Below are positions 59,286-64,000 of a stretch of 64,000 bases of DNA, piece by piece. The position numbers were made by a program, and so were the translations under genes. Numbering within the stretch: the first letter of the stretch is position 1; the number at the start of each line of letters is the position of its first letter. The stretch is from Bacillota bacterium (GTDB lineage: Bacteria; Bacillota; Sulfobacillia; Sulfobacillales; Sulfobacillaceae): NCBI GenBank assembly GCA_021792935.1, contig JAJYTS010000001.1, forward strand, positions 72-64,071, read 5' to 3'. Below the pieces are notes generated by a model. That model made no database searches, was not told the origin of the DNA, and worked only from the letters and a program-made list of their open reading frames with translations.

Positions 59286-60626
59286 TCATCGGCTGACTAA
59301 TAGCGAGGCCACTTCCACATGGTCGGTGCGCGGAAACATATCCACGGGGATGGCGCTACTTAACTCATAGGCGGGGGCAAGAAGGCGGATATCACGCGCC
59401 CAAGTTTCGGGATTGCAACTCACATAGATAATGCGGGATGGACGAAGCGCTTGCAAGGCGTCCACAACTACACCGTCCAAACCGGAACGAGGAGGATCGA
59501 CAATGACGGCATCAGGAGACTTGATCCCACTATCCAGCCAACGTTTGACCAGGTCTTGCACCCGCCCCTTCTCCATCACGATATTGGTGCGTCCGTTTAG
59601 AGAAAAATTTATCTCGGCATCGGCGCCCGCTTCCTCATTCACCTCGATGGCGCGAACCATTTTCGTCCTGGAGGAGGCGAGCGTGGCCAATGTGCCTACC
59701 CCAGAATAGAGGTCCCAAAGCTCGTCGCAGTGAGGAGGCAAAAAATCCAGCGCAATCTGATAGAGCACGGCGGCCTGCTCGGGATTAACCTGAAAGAAGG
59801 ACGTGAAGGAAAGCCGAAAAGAGGCCCCTAAAATTGTTTCCATAATGTAAGGCTCGCCCGCCAGCAGGCGGGTGGCATCTCCAAGCACGCGGTTGTCAGT
59901 CCGCTGGTTAATACTTAAGCCGACTCCCGCCACTTCAGGCACACGCCTCATTAACGACTGCGCAAACGCCAACAAGCCTGGATGATCCGCATATACAACG
60001 ACCAGCACCAAAGCGCGCCGCTGCAGCCGAGAGGAACGAATCAGCAAATGACGGAGAATCCCAGAGCGGCGCGATTCATCATACGGGGCCAATCCGCTTT
60101 GGTTGGCAATTTCCGCCGCCTGCTCCAGCACCCTATTAACCAGGTCGTCTTGAATATCGCAATGGGTAGCCTCGACCACTTCGTGACTGTTGCGCTGGTA
60201 TAATCCCAACGTTATCTCTCCCGCCACCCCGCCAAAAGGAAACTGTCCTTTGTTGCGATATCCGTACGGATTATCACTGCCACGAATGCTTTGCAATGCG
60301 ACAACGTCATGCCCATAGCGTCTGAGCGCTTCTCGCACCCTATTTTCCTTATATCGCAATTCTTCCGGGTACTGCCAATGCTGAAAAGCGCATCCGCCGC
60401 AGATCCCAAAAATAGGGCAGACCGGCTTGATGCGAGTAGGCGACGGTGTCAGAACCCGAACAAGGCGCGCCCGAGAAAATTTCGAGCGCTCTTCGGTGAC
60501 TTCCACGGCAACCGACTCCCCGGGAAGGGCCCCGGGGACAAAAACCAGGCGGCCATCCGGCATTCGCCCCACGCCGTCACCAGACTGCCCCATCCGCTCA
60601 ATAGCCAAGGTAACCGTTTGCGCCAC
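59286..60626 (-). CDS. rlmD: 23S rRNA m5U1939 methyltransferase
   Basis: TRAM domain, CPIFGICGGC, SFFQVN, DPPRSG, YVSCNP, DMFPRTDHVE. Confidence 0.96.
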   Translation of the reverse strand: MAQTVTLAIERMGQSGDGVGRMPDGRLVFVPGALPGESVAVEVTEERSKFSRARLVRVLTPSPTRIKPVCPIFGICGGCAFQHWQYPEELRYKENRVREALRRYGHDVVALQSIRGSDNPYGYRNKGQFPFGGVAGEITLGLYQRNSHEVVEATHCDIQDDLVNRVLEQAAEIANQSGLAPYDESRRSGILRHLLIRSSRLQRRALVLVVVYADHPGLLAFAQSLMRRVPEVAGVGLSINQRTDNRVLGDATRLLAGEPYIMETILGASFRLSFTSFFQVNPEQAAVLYQIALDFLPPHCDELWDLYSGVGTLATLASSRTKMVRAIEVNEEAGADAEINFSLNGRTNIVMEKGRVQDLVKRWLDSGIKSPDAVIVDPPRSGLDGVVVDALQALRPSRIIYVSCNPETWARDIRLLAPAYELSSAIPVDMFPRTDHVEVASLLVSR

Positions 60627-60628
60627 GG

Positions 60629-62095
60629 CTATTCCCGGTCGCCGGCTATGGTATCCCGCAATAGTTGATTTACCAAATCAGGCTTGGCCTGGCCACGGGT
60701 TCTCTTCATCACCTGACCTACCAAAAAAGCTAACGCCTTATCTTTCCCCGATAGATAATCGGCCACCACCGCTTGATGCTCGCGCAAAACCGCCAACACC
60801 ACCGCGCGAATGGCCTCGGTATCGGTAATTTGACTGAGTCCCTTTTCTTCAACCACCATCGCCGCACTCTTTCCAGATTCGAACATTAACTCCAAGACCT
60901 CTTTGGCCATGCGCCCCGATAAGGTGCCTTTGTCAATAAGGCGCAGCAACTCCACCAAACTCGGCGGGTTCACGGAAGCCCGCGCAAAGCTTTCCCCACG
61001 CGCGTTGAGCAGGCGGGAAACGTCCGACAACATCCAATTGGTAAGAGTTCGCTCATCCTCATATAAATCGGCCGCCGCACACCAGTACTCATAGGCCTCT
61101 CGGTCCAGCACCAGCACTTCCGCATCTTTAGACGGGATGCCACGAGACGCCAAATCCTCGCGAATCGCCTCAGGCAAGGCAGGCAGCCCATCTCCGATAT
61201 TTTTAATCCAGGCCTCTTCCAATTCCAGGGGAGGCAAGTCCGGCTCCGGGAAATAGCGGTAGTCGTTGGCCTCTTCCTTGCTGCGCTGGCTGTAGGTCGT
61301 TCCCGTAGCATCGTCAAATCCCCGAGTTTCCTTGACGATGCGTTCTCCCTGGGCTAAACGCTCAGATTGCCGTTGCACCTCGTACTCAATTCCTCGCTGC
61401 ACGTTGCGAATGGAATTGACATTCTTAATTTCAACCCGAGGCAAATCCTCGAGTTCTCCCTGGTATTCCGCCGGGCGCAACGACACGTTGGCGTCACAGC
61501 GCATGGATCCCTCTTCCATCCGCAAGTCAGAAACGTTCAAGTAACTAAGGGTAGCCCGCAACTCGGTCAAATACAATCGCGCCTCTTCCGCCGAACGCAA
61601 ATCCGGCTCCGATACTATTTCCACCAACGGGACCCCCGCGCGGTTCAGGTCCACCAATGAACCGGTGGCATCTCCTAAGCGCTGTCCTAAATGGTTTAGC
61701 TTGCCGGCATCCTCTTCCACGTGTATCCGTCGGATTCCAATGCGGTGAGTCTCCCCATTGCCCGATCGGATTCCAACCCACCCATATTCCGCCAAAGGCT
61801 GGTCATACTGAGAGATCTGATAGGCTTTGGGCAAATCGGGATAAAAGTACTGTTTGCGGTCAAATTTGGAAAACGCATGGACTTGGCAGTGTAAGGCCAG
61901 GGCCGAGCGCACCGCCATGCGAATCGCTTCTTGATTGAGAACCGGCAGAACCCCCGGCATGCCCAAACACACCGGACAGGTCTGGGAGTTGGGAGAAGCG
62001 CCAAACTGGGTGGAGCAAAGGCAAAATAGCTTGGAATTCGTCTTTAATTCGACGTGCACTTCCAAACCGACAATAACCTGATACCCGTTATTCAT
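60629..62095 (-). CDS. gatB: Asp/Glu-tRNA amidotransferase subunit B
   Basis: [34 protein letters not shown]. Confidence 0.98.
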   Translation of the reverse strand: MNNGYQVIVGLEVHVELKTNSKLFCLCSTQFGASPNSQTCPVCLGMPGVLPVLNQEAIRMAVRSALALHCQVHAFSKFDRKQYFYPDLPKAYQISQYDQPLAEYGWVGIRSGNGETHRIGIRRIHVEEDAGKLNHLGQRLGDATGSLVDLNRAGVPLVEIVSEPDLRSAEEARLYLTELRATLSYLNVSDLRMEEGSMRCDANVSLRPAEYQGELEDLPRVEIKNVNSIRNVQRGIEYEVQRQSERLAQGERIVKETRGFDDATGTTYSQRSKEEANDYRYFPEPDLPPLELEEAWIKNIGDGLPALPEAIREDLASRGIPSKDAEVLVLDREAYEYWCAAADLYEDERTLTNWMLSDVSRLLNARGESFARASVNPPSLVELLRLIDKGTLSGRMAKEVLELMFESGKSAAMVVEEKGLSQITDTEAIRAVVLAVLREHQAVVADYLSGKDKALAFLVGQVMKRTRGQAKPDLVNQLLRDTIAGDRE

Positions 62096-63542
62096 GATCC
62101 ACCCCCGTCGGCCAAGGCAATTTCGGCAATACCGCTTCCAGAGCCGCGGCGGCCTGGAACAATTGGCTTTCTTGAAATGGCGGAGCCAACCACTGCAGCC
62201 CCACCGGAAGCCCTTCCGACAGCCCTACCGGCATGGAAAGGCCAGGTATGCCTGCTAAATTGGCGGTAGCCGTAAAAATATCGCCGAGGTACATTTTAAT
62301 GGGATCATCATCGCGGGATCCCAAAGGAAAAGCACAATCAGGAGTGGTCGGAGTGACAATGAAGTCTACCTGGCCAAACGCTTGATCAAAGTCGCGCCGA
62401 ATTAGCGTGCGAACCTTCTGGGCAGTCAGGTAATAGGCATCATAATAGCCAGCGGAAAGAGCGTGAGTCCCCAACAAAATACGGCGCTTCACCTCGGCGC
62501 CAAATCCCTGATCCCGGGTGGTTTCATACATATTAACCAAATCATGACCGTCGACCCGCATGCCGTAGCGCACGCCGTCATAGCGCGAAAGATTGGACGA
62601 CGCTTCCGCCGGGGCAATGAGATAATAGGTGGCAATGGCATAGGAGGTATGAGGCAAGGAAATTTCCACCAATTGGTGGCCCAAACTCCTTAGACGCTCC
62701 AAGGCCTGGTCCATTGCCGCACGCACTCCCGGCTCAATCCCCTCGCCAAAATATTCGCGAGGAAGGCCAATGCGCCACGGTCCATTCCCCCGGGCAAGCG
62801 TCGCGGAGGGCGCTGCCGTAGAAGTGGAATCCCTTGGGTCAACACCCTCAATTGCCTCATAAAGCAAACGGGCATCTTCCACGCTACGGGCCATGGGGCC
62901 AATTTGGTCAAGGCTGGAGGCGAAAGCGATAAGCCCGTAGCGGGAAACGCGACCATAAGTGGGCTTCATTCCCACGATGCCGCAGTATGACGCGGGCTGC
63001 CGTATCGACCCACCGGTGTCCGAACCCAGCGCCAACGGTGTAAGCCCCGCCGCCACAGCGGCGGCGGACCCGCCGCTCGATCCCCCCGGAACCCGCGACA
63101 GTTCCCAGGGATTGTGAGTTGGATGCCAGGCGGAATGCTCCGTGGACGATCCCATGGCAAACTCGTCCAGATTAGTCTTTCCCACGATAATGGCACCGGC
63201 GGCCAGCAGCTTTTCAATGACGGCCGCGTCAAAAGGCGACATAAAATCTCGTAAAATTTTAGACCCGGCAGTGGTTGGCATCCCCCGGGTCACAATATTG
63301 TCTTTAACGGCAACGGGAACACCCGATAACGGGTGGTCGGCACGCTTGCCTTCTGCCCAGCCATCCTGTTCTTTAGCCCGCGCCAAGGCACCTTCCTCAT
63401 TGACGTGCAAAAACGCCCCGATTTCGCCGTCTCGGGCGGCAATGCGCTGAAGATGGGAGGACACCACCGCTTCGGCACTTATTTTGCCCTCGACAAAGTG
63501 TTGATGAAGCTCATGAGCGGTGGCGCGCCAATGATTATCCAC
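62088..63542 (-). CDS. gatA: Asp/Glu-tRNA amidotransferase subunit A
   Basis: [43 protein letters not shown]. Confidence 0.98.
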   Translation of the reverse strand: MDNHWRATAHELHQHFVEGKISAEAVVSSHLQRIAARDGEIGAFLHVNEEGALARAKEQDGWAEGKRADHPLSGVPVAVKDNIVTRGMPTTAGSKILRDFMSPFDAAVIEKLLAAGAIIVGKTNLDEFAMGSSTEHSAWHPTHNPWELSRVPGGSSGGSAAAVAAGLTPLALGSDTGGSIRQPASYCGIVGMKPTYGRVSRYGLIAFASSLDQIGPMARSVEDARLLYEAIEGVDPRDSTSTAAPSATLARGNGPWRIGLPREYFGEGIEPGVRAAMDQALERLRSLGHQLVEISLPHTSYAIATYYLIAPAEASSNLSRYDGVRYGMRVDGHDLVNMYETTRDQGFGAEVKRRILLGTHALSAGYYDAYYLTAQKVRTLIRRDFDQAFGQVDFIVTPTTPDCAFPLGSRDDDPIKMYLGDIFTATANLAGIPGLSMPVGLSEGLPVGLQWLAPPFQESQLFQAAAALEAVLPKLPWPTGVDHE

Positions 63543-63840
63543 GGTTGTCGGCTCCCCCCAAAATGCGAGGAACGACAAACATGCCGTCTTGCACCTCGGG
63601 CCCATTATCGGTCGCGTCCACTGTGGAGAGGGACTCCCCAACCCGGTCTTGGCGCAGCGGAAGCTTGGCACCCGCCACGTGCATGGTAGGCGGAACCCCA
63701 TCCAAATCCAGTTCCTGCAAAGTGGATACGTATGTTAATACACGGTTAAGATCCCGGCGCACCGTCCCCAACTCTTCCGTCGTCAGACGCAATCGGGCCA
63801 AATGCGCCACATGCAAAATTTCCGCGTCCCCTAGTTCCAA
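63535..63840 (-). CDS. gatC: Asp/Glu-tRNA amidotransferase subunit C
   Basis: HVAHLARL...LRQD...FVVPRI; TTG start at 63840. Confidence 0.95.
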   Translation of the reverse strand: MELGDAEILHVAHLARLRLTTEELGTVRRDLNRVLTYVSTLQELDLDGVPPTMHVAGAKLPLRQDRVGESLSTVDATDNGPEVQDGMFVVPRILGGADNRG

Positions 63841-64000
63841 CCCTATAACCCCCCGTGTTGTATCCCCCGAATTATAGCATTGTCGGGAATAATGCTCACT
63901 AACAGCGGCCAATCCCCATGTCTTCGACAAAGAAATTGTCATGGAGTATGCGCAATGATATCCCACAGGCTCATCCCGATAACGATGCCCTAAAACGCAT

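Noticed and set aside
1-64000. CRISPR arrays, tRNA and rRNA genes
   Set aside because: No regularly spaced repeats or RNA gene signatures noticed.

Overview
Chromosomal window from a spore-forming, fairly GC-rich Firmicute; gene content and style suggest a Sulfobacillus-like acidophile (inference). 1.1-25 kb is the conserved minus-strand block yloB-dapF...remA-rpoZ-coaBC-priA-fmt-rsmB-rlmN-prpC-prkC-rsgA-rpe-spoVM-hslO/rpmB-yloU-DAK2-recG, lacking yloC, gmk and def at their usual positions. 25-43 kb holds metabolic and regulatory genes: APC permease, orphan gltB, MBL hydrolase, G1 peptidase, AzlCD, a GAF kinase/NarL pair, hisC, gmk and a methyltransferase. It also contains a TPR protein divergent from an uncalled 51-aa secreted pro-peptide (candidate RRNPP-like signalling pair). 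43-49 kb is a decaying accessory island with a DUF6516/TumE-like TA pair and secreted toxin/immunity-like cassettes, one frameshifted. 49.4-57.0 kb is the most unusual element: a 10-gene operon joining a minimal T4SS core (VirB2-like pilin, VirB6/TrbL, PrgI, VirB4) to a Tad module (CpaB, CpaE-like, CpaF, TadB, TadC). No relaxase, coupling protein, integrase or Flp pilin is present in the window. The operon is preceded by tandem Spo0A-box-like repeats and a terminator hairpin abutting its first RBS. The window ends with thioesterase, permease, rlmD and gatBAC. No rRNA, tRNA, CRISPR array or intact IS/prophage was recognised. All calls come from visual motif recognition and synteny, not database searches.
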